A stretch of 43,188 nt of DNA, taken from IMG/VR virus record IMGVR_UViG_3300031772_000075; one strand, written 5' to 3'. Each line of letters starts with the position of its first letter. The first letter of the stretch is position 1. Origin of the DNA: a virus. The notes under the pieces are model-generated. The model saw only the letters and a program-made list of their open reading frames with translations, did no database searches and was not told the origin of the DNA. Below, piece after piece: positions 33,585-41,937 of the stretch. The translations under genes and the position numbers were made by a program.

Positions 33585-33914
33585 CTACTTTCTCGGAAAG
33601 CGGATCTCGTCGACGGTCTGGATGCCGAGGTCGTGAAGAAGGTCTCGGGCCATGCACTTGGAGCAGTCGAAGCCCTTCCCCGTGTCGTCCCCGCACTTCT
33701 TGTGGACCCAGTTCCGGGACATGCCGAACGTGCAGTCGTTATCGGCGAGATCGCGCAGGATCTGCAGGGCCTTCTCGGACTGCTCCGGCGTCATCTTCGC
33801 GACGGCTTCCTTGAAGGACTTCTTGTCGGCGTCTCTTTGGGCGGGCGTCATCAGTCGGTCTGCGTCCTGCACGCCCGGCACTGGGCGTCGCCATAGCCGG
33901 TTGGGGAAAGGCAT
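33585..33914 (-). CDS. Cys-rich hypothetical protein (88-109 aa; start at 33914 or 33851)
   Basis: CTFGMSRNWVHKKCGDDTGKGFDCSKC cysteine cluster. The ATG at 33851 overlaps the upstream gene's stop (TGATG). Confidence 0.4.
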   Translation of the reverse strand: MPFPNRLWRRPVPGVQDADRLMTPAQRDADKKSFKEAVAKMTPEQSEKALQILRDLADNDCTFGMSRNWVHKKCGDDTGKGFDCSKCMARDLLHDLGIQTVDEIRFPRK

Positions 33915-34051
33915 GTCTCACCGTTCGAGTAATGGTGGGTACAGCGCCTTTGGTGATCGTTTACGGCCTGCTGAGCTTTCAACAGGGTCTGATGGAGAAC
34001 GTCTCGCTCCTTCGCCCACTCCTCGACGTGGAGCTTCGGGAGGTCAGCCAT
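33851..34051 (-). CDS. small Cys-rich hypothetical protein (66 aa)
   Basis: ATG with GGAG 8 nt upstream. CTHHYSNGETC...CRAC. The tabulated N-terminal R/P/S-rich extension was rejected. Confidence 0.35.
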   Translation of the reverse strand: MADLPKLHVEEWAKERDVLHQTLLKAQQAVNDHQRRCTHHYSNGETCLSPTGYGDAQCRACRTQTD

Positions 34052-34865
34052 CGGTCGACTCCGGGAGCTGAGGGGCCTCCGCGGCCTTGCCCGCGGCGCG
34101 GTCGGCGATGGCGCGGATGCCCTCGGCAATGACGTTGTGGGTGATGAAGGCGTCGACTTCGGCCTTCGCGTGCTTGACTACCTTCTCGGCGGCCTCCTCG
34201 AACTGAGAGACCATGAATGGGGCGTTCGACTCGACGTGCTGGGCTACGCGGCGGACGATCCATGTGATCCGCTCCTTGTCGGCCTTCGTCAGCGTCTTCT
34301 TCTCCAACAGGACGGCCAGCTCCTTTTGGTCCTCCTTGATCTGGGCGACGACGCCCTCCATGTCTTTCTTGAAGCCCTTGCGGACCTTTTCGACCTCAAG
34401 CTCGGCGTCTTCCGGCGGGCTCGGGACCTTCTTGCCGAGCAGGTACTGGATGGTGCACGGGACTCCGGAGCCGACGTTCATCGTCGTGAGCAGCTCCGAG
34501 AACTGGCCGGCGGACAGCATAACCTCGATGATCTCACCGCGCAGGCCGCCGTGGAACCGGTCGTGGCCGAGCGAGTGGATGCGAGTTCCCTTCGAGACCC
34601 TCAGGGTCACGTAGTGGTCGTGCGTCTGCAGAGGAGAGCCGAACAGTCGGCCAGGGTTGCCCGTTGTGCGGCTGAACCCGATCATCCCATACGACGGATG
34701 CTCTTCTACCTCTTCTCGGTCGCTCATGTCAGCCTGTACCAATCGGTTCGTCGGACTTCCGGCCATGCGCTCCAACGCAGCGTCGAGCTTTCCGTCCGCC
34801 TCACGAAGCCGTGGGAGCAGCTCCATGAGTCGTTCTCCAGCTGAAAGGGGGTTGACAGCGGCCAT
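34044..34865 (-). CDS. hypothetical protein (273 aa)
   Basis: ATG start directly after an AT-richer spacer with TTGCGT, 16 bp, TAAGAT close to the start (possibly a leaderless transcript). Protein-like composition. Confidence 0.5.
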   Translation of the reverse strand: MAAVNPLSAGERLMELLPRLREADGKLDAALERMAGSPTNRLVQADMSDREEVEEHPSYGMIGFSRTTGNPGRLFGSPLQTHDHYVTLRVSKGTRIHSLGHDRFHGGLRGEIIEVMLSAGQFSELLTTMNVGSGVPCTIQYLLGKKVPSPPEDAELEVEKVRKGFKKDMEGVVAQIKEDQKELAVLLEKKTLTKADKERITWIVRRVAQHVESNAPFMVSQFEEAAEKVVKHAKAEVDAFITHNVIAEGIRAIADRAAGKAAEAPQLPESTDG

Positions 34866-34984
34866 TCTTTATCTTACAGTGTAGGTATGGGTACGCAAGA
34901 CAGACAAAGAGAACTCGGACTAGAGCTGCGGAAGCTCAAGGCGGTCAGCACGAAGCTGCACCACGTGGCATCCCAGCTCGGGGG

Positions 34985-35434
34985 TTAGGCTTTCCCGACC
35001 GTCGGCTTCCTGCCGAAGATGTTGTCCCATCCGCGCTTGAACGCGGGACTGTTGACCTTCGAAGGGCCTTTCTTCAGGTCTGACACGGAGCCGACGACGT
35101 TGTAGAGCCCTGTGCCCTCGCGCTGTTCGAGCAGGACGGCGTCCTCATCGATTGGCTTTCCGTCCTCCATCGGCTTCATGACGCCGGCCCGGACGGTGTG
35201 GTCCACGCCGTGGTGGAGGCACATGCGGGCCCCTCCCGGGAGCTGAGGACCTGGGATTACGAACTCGTCCCCTCCGCACCCCGGATCGTCGGCCTTGTCG
35301 TCCGGCTCCCCGGCCTCGGCCGCGGCCGGTTTTTCAGACTCTTCGGACACGCTTTTGACCTGGCCTTCCTGGATCTGCATGACTTGAAATAATGGCATCC
35401 ACGAACCGAGCCCTTTCTGAACTTTACCATACAT
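34985..35434 (-). CDS. hypothetical protein (149 aa)
   Basis: ATG. The 5' third has noticeably lower GC, at the edge of the HNH island. Confidence 0.4.
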   Translation of the reverse strand: MYGKVQKGLGSWMPLFQVMQIQEGQVKSVSEESEKPAAAEAGEPDDKADDPGCGGDEFVIPGPQLPGGARMCLHHGVDHTVRAGVMKPMEDGKPIDEDAVLLEQREGTGLYNVVGSVSDLKKGPSKVNSPAFKRGWDNIFGRKPTVGKA

Positions 35435-35455
35435 CGTTCGGTATGGTCAGGTACC

Positions 35456-36154
35456 ATGAAGACCTGTCCGAAGTGCGGGGGTACAAAGGATCTGAACGAA
35501 TTTTCGCCAAGCCGTCAGCATGTAGCGAGCTGGTGTCGTTCGTGCACAAATAAAACAACGCGCTTCGTCCGACTTCGGAACAAAATGGTGGCCATCGCCC
35601 GATATTCTGACGGCAAAATGGCGTGCTCTTGTTGTAGTGAACCTCGCATTGAGTTCTTGGTCATAGACCATCCGAACGGAGGAGGTGGAAAGCACAGAGC
35701 CTCTATCGGACATAATATTTACAGTTGGCTCAAAAAAGTCGGGTATCCGGACGGATTCCGGGTCTTGTGCTCGAATTGTAACTCGTCCATCGGCGCTTAC
35801 GGATACTGTCCTCATTCTGGTAGGACAAACTTTCCGGACGTTGTTCCCGAGATCAGACCTAGAGCTTTTCGTCGAGGTATGGGGCACCCCGGCCGGAAGC
35901 TGGACGATATCTCAGTTGCGGACATTCGGGAAGGTCTATGTCTCGGCGTCAGTCTCTCTTCTTTGTCCCGGAAGCACGGGGTCTCCATCCGGACGATCCG
36001 GAAGATCCGTGATGGGGAGGCGTGGGTCCATGCCGACGAGCCTCAGAACGCCCTCCACGAGCCTAATTCTCTCCTGCATAATATGGGTCGCGATGGTGAA
36101 GTATCTCAGTCCCCACATCTCCAGCATGAACTTAACGTAGCTGTCGATCCTTAG
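35456..36154 (+). CDS. HNH homing-endonuclease-like protein (N-terminal zinc ribbon, HNH core, C-terminal HTH)
   Basis: CPKCGG...CRSC zinc ribbon. The HNH core is IDHPNGGGGKHR...VLCSNCNSS. The C-terminal segment is helix-turn-helix-like (SLSRKHGVSIRTIRKIRDGEAW). The gene lies in a lower-GC island. The last ~70 codons overlap the convergent kinase gene. Confidence 0.75.
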   Translation: MKTCPKCGGTKDLNEFSPSRQHVASWCRSCTNKTTRFVRLRNKMVAIARYSDGKMACSCCSEPRIEFLVIDHPNGGGGKHRASIGHNIYSWLKKVGYPDGFRVLCSNCNSSIGAYGYCPHSGRTNFPDVVPEIRPRAFRRGMGHPGRKLDDISVADIREGLCLGVSLSSLSRKHGVSIRTIRKIRDGEAWVHADEPQNALHEPNSLLHNMGRDGEVSQSPHLQHELNVAVDP

Positions 36155-36577
36155 GATGCCATCCCATGTTGTCTTCTCACGGACACCATCGTCCACGAGG
36201 GTCTCAGATGACGGTCGGATGAAAAAGATGATCGCTTCGTTCAGTCGCAAGGACTCGACGTACTCGGCCAGCTCCTTACGCCCCAATATCTCTCGGAAGC
36301 ATGTTGTGTACTCGCATGCGTAAGCCAGGTTGTCAAAGCTCCTGTCGGCGACGAACGCCTGGTGCTTACGCTCCTCAGAAACCTGGCGTTCGAAGATTTT
36401 CTTCTGATACGCGTCAACTCGCTTTATGTCGTGCCTAATGGAGACGATGTCCGCCTCCTCCTCTGCCATGACAGCCCGTGCCACCTCGGTTAGGAGCGGT
36501 GTCCCCCATTTGTCGGCAACGTACCTGGCCATGGTCGTCTTGCCCGTGCTGTGCGCGCCGATGAAGTAAATTCGCAA
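35936..36577 (-). CDS. P-loop NTPase of the NadR/AAA_28-like nucleoside/nucleotide kinase family
   Basis: RIYFIGAHSTGKTTMARYVADKWGTPLLTEVARAVMAE matches the AAA_28 N-terminus (i.i.G..sSGKTTLa.aLA..lg...v.EyaRe). The TTG start at 36577 is preferred over the tabulated ATG at 36727, which would overlap the divergent gene by 100 nt. Intermediate GC. Confidence 0.6.
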   Translation of the reverse strand: MRIYFIGAHSTGKTTMARYVADKWGTPLLTEVARAVMAEEEADIVSIRHDIKRVDAYQKKIFERQVSEERKHQAFVADRSFDNLAYACEYTTCFREILGRKELAEYVESLRLNEAIIFFIRPSSETLVDDGVREKTTWDGILRIDSYVKFMLEMWGLRYFTIATHIMQERIRLVEGVLRLVGMDPRLPITDLPDRPDGDPVLPGQRRETDAET

Positions 36578-36626
36578 GGTCCGGGACGGTACAGCGATAG
36601 GCTTTCTTTTAGACGGGATCAGCAAG

Positions 36627-37028
36627 ATGCCCACAAACGTCACCGTCACCGCGTCCGTCCAGTGGACTCCTCCGAGCGCCCCGGCGAACTCCGGCACGGC
36701 GACCTTCAACGTCGTGGCGTCCGTCAACGCCCAGAACGTCGGGCAGATCGACGTTCAGACGAGCGACCCGCCCGGCGCGATCTTTCCGATGCCGTTCGGC
36801 TCGGTGGCTACGGCGAAGGTCGTCTGCATCAAGAACATGATGTCGTCCGAGGTCGGCGTCCGCGTCAACGGCCATGTGACGAACGACTTCCGCGTCCCGG
36901 CCGGCGGCATGATCATGTACGCAGCGCCGGTCGGTCCGAACTCTGAGCCGCTCTCCGCCGTGTCCATCGTGACGACCGCCAGCCCGGCGGCGATCGAAGC
37001 AGTGCAGTTCTTCATCTACGGAGACTAG
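36627..37028 (+). CDS. hypothetical Thr/Ser/Val/Asn-rich (beta-rich) protein (133 aa)
   Basis: ATG. Very high GC3 with genome-typical codons. An opposite-strand ORF (36755-37015) was rejected. Confidence 0.5.
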   Translation: MPTNVTVTASVQWTPPSAPANSGTATFNVVASVNAQNVGQIDVQTSDPPGAIFPMPFGSVATAKVVCIKNMMSSEVGVRVNGHVTNDFRVPAGGMIMYAAPVGPNSEPLSAVSIVTTASPAAIEAVQFFIYGD

Positions 37029-37031
37029 CGC

Positions 37032-38132
37032 TCACACGGCCTCCGGAAGGTACTCGGAGAGGGTACGTCCGACCATGCGGCCACGGAGCTTCTTGAGAGC
37101 CTTCTCCTCTATCTGCCGGATTCTCTCACGGGACAGGTCGTAGCGGTCAGCGACCTCCTGGAGCGTCAGCTGGCCCGTGTCGTCGATTCCGAACCTGTGC
37201 CGGATGACGCGGGACTCGAACGGGTTGAGGCCTGAGAGGAGCGAGAGCAGCTCGTCGTTGGCCTCCGCCGAGAACAGGCTGTCGAGCGGGCTCGGGAACG
37301 TCTCCGACGTGAGCGTGTCCAGGAGGCAGAATCCCTCCTCCTCACCTGCCGGGGCGTCGAGGTGAAGGACCCTCTGCCGGCTCAGGAGCGCGGTCAGGAC
37401 CTTCTCGACGCTGATCTTGGCCGCCTTCGCCATCTGGTCCGGGTCCATGCCCGTCCCGTTCTCCGCCATGTGCCCGCCGTCCAGGCGCGAGAGCTTTTGG
37501 GCGAGCTCGCTCATGTGGACGGGGATGCGTATCGGGCCCTCCTTGTCCGAGACGGCCCGCTTGACGTGATGCCGAATCCACCAGACGGCGTACGTCCCGA
37601 ACCGGAACCCGCGGTCGACGTCGAACCGGTCGACCGCCCGCATGAGCCCGATGTTCCCCTCCTGAATAAGGTCGCCCAGGGTCTGGTGATGGCAAAGCCT
37701 GGCGTACTTCTTCACGATCGTGACGGTGAGGCGAAGGTTCGCCGTCACAAACTCGTTCTTGATGCGCTCTCGCCTGGCGTTCAGGCCTCCGACGCGACGG
37801 TCCTTAGACCCGACCGCGGCCGTCAGGCACTCCTGAAACCAGGTCCGGCCGGAGTCCGTGAGCCGGACGAACCGGACGACGTCCCTGTGAAGCCCGGACT
37901 TGTTGAACAGCCTGGCGGGAAGGTGAACCTCGTCCTCCTTCCCTGCGGCGGCCCTCAGGCTTGACTCGCTGGCCTTGTCCTTCAGGAAGGCCGCCACCAT
38001 GTCCGACTCGACGGTCATGAGCTTTCGGAACGTCGCCGTCTCCTCCTCGAAGGTCGGGACGGAGACCTCAGACATGCTGGAGAAGTACTTCGTAAGCGCG
38101 TTCCCGGGAGCGGTTTTCGCGTTCGAGGACAT
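37032..38132 (-). CDS. RpoD/RpoS-like sigma-70 family sigma factor (regions 1.2/2/3/4)
   Basis: ANLRLTVTIVKKYARLCHHQTLGDLIQEGNIGLMRAVDRFDVDRGFRFGTYAVWWIRHHVKRAV is near-identical in pattern to the RpoD region 2 consensus. Region 4.2 is LTLQEVADRYDLSRERIRQIEEKALKKLR. ATG preceded by AGGTGG. Confidence 0.85.
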   Translation of the reverse strand: MSSNAKTAPGNALTKYFSSMSEVSVPTFEEETATFRKLMTVESDMVAAFLKDKASESSLRAAAGKEDEVHLPARLFNKSGLHRDVVRFVRLTDSGRTWFQECLTAAVGSKDRRVGGLNARRERIKNEFVTANLRLTVTIVKKYARLCHHQTLGDLIQEGNIGLMRAVDRFDVDRGFRFGTYAVWWIRHHVKRAVSDKEGPIRIPVHMSELAQKLSRLDGGHMAENGTGMDPDQMAKAAKISVEKVLTALLSRQRVLHLDAPAGEEEGFCLLDTLTSETFPSPLDSLFSAEANDELLSLLSGLNPFESRVIRHRFGIDDTGQLTLQEVADRYDLSRERIRQIEEKALKKLRGRMVGRTLSEYLPEAV

Positions 38133-38141
38133 CGGCCACCT

Positions 38142-38333
38142 CTAGCAGTCTTTCATTGCCAACCACATGGCGGTCATCAGAACGATCACAATAAAGATCT
38201 CGGTCCGGAAGCCGTTGGATGACTTGTGTCCGAAGGCCTCGTTGGCCTTCCCGAGCGCATACTCCTGGACTTCGCGGTCTGCGGGCGGTGGCTTCTGACT
38301 CGGTCGCATCGGCGGGACGACCGGAGAGTACAC
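38142..38333 (-). CDS. small membrane protein (55-63 aa) upstream of the sigma gene
   Basis: C-terminal hydrophobic helix IFIVIVLMTAMWLAM. GTG or ATG start without a clear SD. Its stop lies 9 nt before the sigma ATG. Confidence 0.3.
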   Translation of the reverse strand: MYSPVVPPMRPSQKPPPADREVQEYALGKANEAFGHKSSNGFRTEIFIVIVLMTAMWLAMKDC

Positions 38334-38342
38334 CGCTGCGCT

Positions 38343-38678
38343 CTACGAAGGGCTTGAAGCGCCCGAAAGGGCCTTCCTGGCGACCTCAAGGTTGGCAACC
38401 CTCTGACGGAACCCGTCGCTGCCGCCCGCCTGGACGGCCTCCGTCAGAGGACCCCACTCGTCTTCCGTGTTCCGAAGCTCTACCCCCGTCACCGGGTGCC
38501 CCTCTTCGAACATGACGAACACGTCCGTCGACGGTTCGCCGATGAGGAACTCTTGAGCTGCCATCCCCAGATCGCCGATGAAGGACGCCACGGCGGACGT
38601 GGTCTGGCCCTGGTGGAACCGGAGCATGGCCACCCCGTTCCCGAACGACTTCAAAAGTACCTCAGGCTTTCCCTTCAT
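38343..38678 (-). CDS. hypothetical protein (111 aa)
   Basis: ATG with GAGGAAA 5 nt upstream. Confidence 0.5.
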   Translation of the reverse strand: MKGKPEVLLKSFGNGVAMLRFHQGQTTSAVASFIGDLGMAAQEFLIGEPSTDVFVMFEEGHPVTGVELRNTEDEWGPLTEAVQAGGSDGFRQRVANLEVARKALSGASSPS

Positions 38679-38720
38679 CTTGGTTTCCTCGGCTCAGTAA
38701 CGTTTCAGGAGGTGGCGCTC

Positions 38721-39122
38721 ATGAACGGACAGTCAAACGGACAGAAGGCTCAGGCGAAGGACGTGATGGCGGCGTTGCAGCCGCTCCTCTCGGGCACGCT
38801 CAAGGACGCGGGGTCGGGCGAGGACGTGAACGCGTTCGTCGTCCTCTGCTGCATGTCCGCCATACCGTCCGGAACGGAGGACCCGAAGGGCCTCGTCCGG
38901 GGAATGTCGGACAAGTTCGTCGAGACGGTCAAGCTCAACATGTGCTTTCTGGTGAAGAACCGCGTGGCCGCCCAGGTCGCCCAGTTCCTCTTCATGGAGT
39001 GGTGCTTCCGCCACGGCCACCTTGAGGAGGACTGGCAGTGGACCTGGAAGTCGAAGACCGAGGGGGACCTCCGGTATCGCGAGAAGATTCCGCTCCAGAC
39101 TCTGTCAGGCCCTTCGAGCTGA
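38721..39122 (+). CDS. hypothetical protein (133 aa)
   Basis: ATG with strong AGGAGGTG 7 nt upstream. The tabulated upstream extension from 38496 was rejected. Confidence 0.55.
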   Translation: MNGQSNGQKAQAKDVMAALQPLLSGTLKDAGSGEDVNAFVVLCCMSAIPSGTEDPKGLVRGMSDKFVETVKLNMCFLVKNRVAAQVAQFLFMEWCFRHGHLEEDWQWTWKSKTEGDLRYREKIPLQTLSGPSS

Positions 39123-39587
39123 GCAGTAGGAGCCAAGGAAGTCCAGGAAGTACTGGTTCCTCAGGGCGTTCGGCCCCCGGGCCTCGCGGACTGTCTTGAC
39201 GGCCTGGTCCGGGGACATCCCCTTGCCCTTGCACAGGGCAAGCGCGCAGATGATGCCGGAGCGGTTGAGGCCCATGTGGCATGTCACCAGGACCCGCTTC
39301 CGGTCCCGGAGCCACGAGATGACCTTTCCGGCCGCCCGGACGGCCTCCGCCGCCTCCCGCTTCACCATGGGCGACCCGTCGTCGTTCAGGCTCACGGAGA
39401 GCGTCTCGACCCTCGGAAAGCACCCGGCGTGCGGCGGATACTCCATGGCGCTCAGGACGAGACAGTCGAAGTGCTGTGCCACGATGTGCCCGATGGGCGG
39501 GGCGGACCCTATCCACAGGTTTCCGTGGACGCGGAAGGCGACGGCCGGGTTTGACTCTAGCATGAGCGTGTTCACGGGTTCGTCCAT
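39105..39587 (-). CDS. dual-specificity / protein-tyrosine phosphatase (CX5R)
   Basis: VLVTCHMGLNRSGIICALALCK contains the HCxxGxxRS P-loop signature; size (160 aa) fits the DSP fold. Confidence 0.7.
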   Translation of the reverse strand: MDEPVNTLMLESNPAVAFRVHGNLWIGSAPPIGHIVAQHFDCLVLSAMEYPPHAGCFPRVETLSVSLNDDGSPMVKREAAEAVRAAGKVISWLRDRKRVLVTCHMGLNRSGIICALALCKGKGMSPDQAVKTVREARGPNALRNQYFLDFLGSYCSARRA

Positions 39588-39631
39588 CTTCGAATCCTAC
39601 GCTATGAATCTGTTATCGATCCGCGGGTTCG

Positions 39632-39862
39632 ATGGCCAACTGTGTGAAGTGCGGTCTTGAGAAGCCCGTCGGCGCGGACGAGGAGTGCGCGGATTGCCGA
39701 GGGGGCCGGTTCCGCGCTCAGATGAGCTCTATGTCGCACGTCATGGACACAAAGTCCTTCATGCTGCCGGCCCGGCGCAACATCATCTGGGTGTGGGCTG
39801 CCGTAACCCTCGGCCTAATGCTCCTGGGGGAGACGATCTACGTTCTGTGGTCGGGCCGGTAG
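39632..39862 (+). CDS. small zinc-ribbon membrane protein (76 aa)
   Basis: CVKCG...CADC followed by a TM helix (IIWVWAAVTLGLMLLG). Confidence 0.35.
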   Translation: MANCVKCGLEKPVGADEECADCRGGRFRAQMSSMSHVMDTKSFMLPARRNIIWVWAAVTLGLMLLGETIYVLWSGR

Positions 39863-39863
39863 T

Positions 39864-40340
39864 TCAGTCCGATTTGTCTTCGGACATTGCGCTGATCCGC
39901 GGCTGCGAGGGTATGTCAGGGAGGTGGCTATATCCCGTCGCCATCTTGAGGAGGACGACCACCTCTATAAGGGCTGTCTTCGTCATCGCTTCCACCTTCC
40001 TTGAGTCCGGATCATCCATGACCGCAAGAGCCTCCAACTCCTTGGCCGCAGACTGCAGGAACATTTTTCGAGCCCGCCTGTGCCCGCCTTCGGACATGGC
40101 GACGTTTCCCCTTTCCTTTAGCTGGTAGGCTTCCTTGACCAGGCTCTCGTAAGTTCTCGCCTCCGTACGCCGTTCCTCCTTGGAGGAGGTGGTGAAGTGA
40201 GTAAGAACGTCGCGAATGAGTTCAGACCGCGAGAAGGTAGTGCCGGGCTTCGCCTTGCGCGCCCGGGACACCTCCGCGTCGAGTTCCCTGATCAGCTCTC
40301 GCGAGAGTGACAAGGAGATCTTACCCTGTTTCTTCCTCAT
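39864..40340 (-). CDS. ribbon-helix-helix (CopG/Arc-like) DNA-binding protein with C-terminal helical domain
   Basis: The N-terminus (GKISLSLSRELIRELDAEVSRARKAKPGTTFSRSELIRDVLTHF) has the beta-strand, helix, helix pattern of RHH regulators. Confidence 0.55.
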   Translation of the reverse strand: MRKKQGKISLSLSRELIRELDAEVSRARKAKPGTTFSRSELIRDVLTHFTTSSKEERRTEARTYESLVKEAYQLKERGNVAMSEGGHRRARKMFLQSAAKELEALAVMDDPDSRKVEAMTKTALIEVVVLLKMATGYSHLPDIPSQPRISAMSEDKSD

Positions 40341-40414
40341 CCCCCTTTACGGGAAAGAAACGTTCCAAAACGCGCACGGGGTTACGCACAGTCCTCCGGA
40401 AATCCTCGGTCGAG

Positions 40415-40431
40415 GCGTGTATTCTGCACGC
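40415..40431. promoter_or_regulatory. short inverted repeat (GCGTG-n7-CACGC) in the divergent promoter region; candidate operator
   Basis: Lies within the 112-bp AT-richer spacer between the RHH gene and the 40453 gene. The spacer also contains AGGAG 8 nt before the ATG at 40453. Confidence 0.25.
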
Positions 40432-40452
40432 ATTCACCTAGGAGTAGAGACG

Positions 40453-40854
40453 ATGCATGCCCTGCCACAGGCGGAGGCGAGCCTCCTCGCCCGCTATCGC
40501 AAGGACCGGGTCTTTAGCGGCACAAAGCTTTTCGGCACTTACGCCGACAGGCTCATACGTAAGCACACCATGCTCCAGTTCGGGGTCGGGGAGGGCCACC
40601 CCGTCTTTGAAGAAGAGGATAGGCTCCTGAGGGAGTCGGTGGGCTCCATCAGGGAGTATCTCCGAAAGAGCAAGGTTCGGTGGAGCATTCCATGGTCCAC
40701 GGCGAAGGTGGTCGTAGTCCAGTATGTCCGCAAGTCTGTCGGCGACCGCCTTCACCTGCAGGACCTGGAGGAGGACGTCGAGGAGGCCGTGCTGGAGTCG
40801 GTCTATCGCGAGGAGTTCGAGGACCTATTCCCGCCGACCTGGTTCGATAGTTAG
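40453..40854 (+). CDS. hypothetical protein (133 aa)
   Basis: ATG with AGGAG upstream. The tabulated extension from 40216 and the antisense ORF 40438-40755 were rejected. Confidence 0.5.
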   Translation: MHALPQAEASLLARYRKDRVFSGTKLFGTYADRLIRKHTMLQFGVGEGHPVFEEEDRLLRESVGSIREYLRKSKVRWSIPWSTAKVVVVQYVRKSVGDRLHLQDLEEDVEEAVLESVYREEFEDLFPPTWFDS

Positions 40855-40928
40855 TCTTGTGAGATTGGTTCGGCGTGAAGCGCTGGACGATCTACTACAG
40901 GCGCGTAAAACGATCAGGAAGAACTCAC

Positions 40929-40966
40929 TTTCTTTGCAAACACTGCTCTCAGGAGTGGCAAAGAAA
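40929..40966. repeat. 9-bp inverted repeat (TTTCTTTGC ... GCAAAGAAA) with 20-nt loop between convergent genes
   Basis: Seen directly. There is no flanking T-tract, so it is not a classical terminator. Confidence 0.4.
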
Positions 40967-40978
40967 CAAACGCGCAGC

Positions 40979-41479
40979 CTAGAGCCAGGTCAGGGCTATG
41001 GCGTTACAGACGACGTGGAAGCAGTTGTCGGCAATGATCATGAGCCAGACGGCCATCCACGGAGGCTTGCTGGAGTCATAGCCCGTCGCGGAGCACTCGG
41101 ACCAGGGCGCGTTCCGGATCCAGCCGGCGTTCTTGCCGGCCTCCGGGTGCCCCTCCGGGTGGAGGACCTCGATGTACCGCGGGGCGAGGAAGTTCTTCGC
41201 CCAGCAGACATAGCGGGCCAGGCGCCAGCGGTCGATGGCGAAGTGCGTGGACAGAATGACGAGCAGCGCGAGCCACTTCACTGAGGACGGTAGCCACGTC
41301 GAGGGGCTCCACCCTAAGCTCGTCCAGGTGCAGGCGAACGGAATGAAACAGAGCGTGTACGACGCGGCGTGGGCGAGCGCGGCGAGTGAAGACTTGGTCT
41401 TGTGCGACGCCATGTAGTCGGATTGAACTACATAGTCACCGAATGCATGCGCAAGGAGCTGATCCGCGGTCACGAACAT
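40979..41479 (-). CDS. hydrophobic hypothetical protein (166 aa), probable membrane protein
   Basis: Trp/aromatic-rich with several hydrophobic segments; ATG start. Confidence 0.45.
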   Translation of the reverse strand: MFVTADQLLAHAFGDYVVQSDYMASHKTKSSLAALAHAASYTLCFIPFACTWTSLGWSPSTWLPSSVKWLALLVILSTHFAIDRWRLARYVCWAKNFLAPRYIEVLHPEGHPEAGKNAGWIRNAPWSECSATGYDSSKPPWMAVWLMIIADNCFHVVCNAIALTWL

Positions 41480-41516
41480 GCGTGACTTTACCGCAAGGCG
41501 GTCGCCTTATGGCAGG

Positions 41517-41936
41517 TCAGTAGCGGTTCCCGGAGTCGCGACGGGAGCCCTTGCCTCTTCCACCACCGCCGCCGCCAGCGGTGGGATTGTCGTACACGCG
41601 GGGGCGGCTGTCACCGCCTCCGGCGTCGGTGCTGTACCCGCCGCTGGCGCGGTACCCGCCACCACCACCACCACCGCCACTGCGCGCAGGCCGGTCCTCC
41701 GCCTCGTTGACACGGAGGTTCCGGCCGGCGAGGGCATACCCGTTCAGCTCCTGGATGGCCTTCTTGGCGTCGGCCTCCGTGGACATGGTGACGAAGCCGA
41801 ACCCGCGGCCCTGGCCCGTCTCACGGTCGGTCATGACCTTGGCGTCGGTGACCGGGCCGACCTGTTCGAAGGCCTGCTTGAGGTCCTCGGTGCTGAGCTG
41901 ATACGAGAGGTTTCCGACGTAAAGACGATTGCCCAT
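41517..41936 (-). CDS. RRM-type glycine-rich RNA-binding protein
   Basis: RNP-2 LYVGNL and RNP-1 RGFGFVTM at canonical spacing. Gly-rich C-terminal tail (GGGGGGGGYRASGGY...GGGGGGRG). GAGGA 6 nt upstream of the ATG. Confidence 0.85.
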   Translation of the reverse strand: MGNRLYVGNLSYQLSTEDLKQAFEQVGPVTDAKVMTDRETGQGRGFGFVTMSTEADAKKAIQELNGYALAGRNLRVNEAEDRPARSGGGGGGGGYRASGGYSTDAGGGDSRPRVYDNPTAGGGGGGRGKGSRRDSGNRY

Positions 41937-41937
41937 T

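Noticed and set aside
34887-34988. 33-codon + strand ORF in the spacer upstream of the 34044-34865 gene
   Set aside because: Too short, no SD. The region is better explained as the promoter and 5' region of the minus-strand gene.
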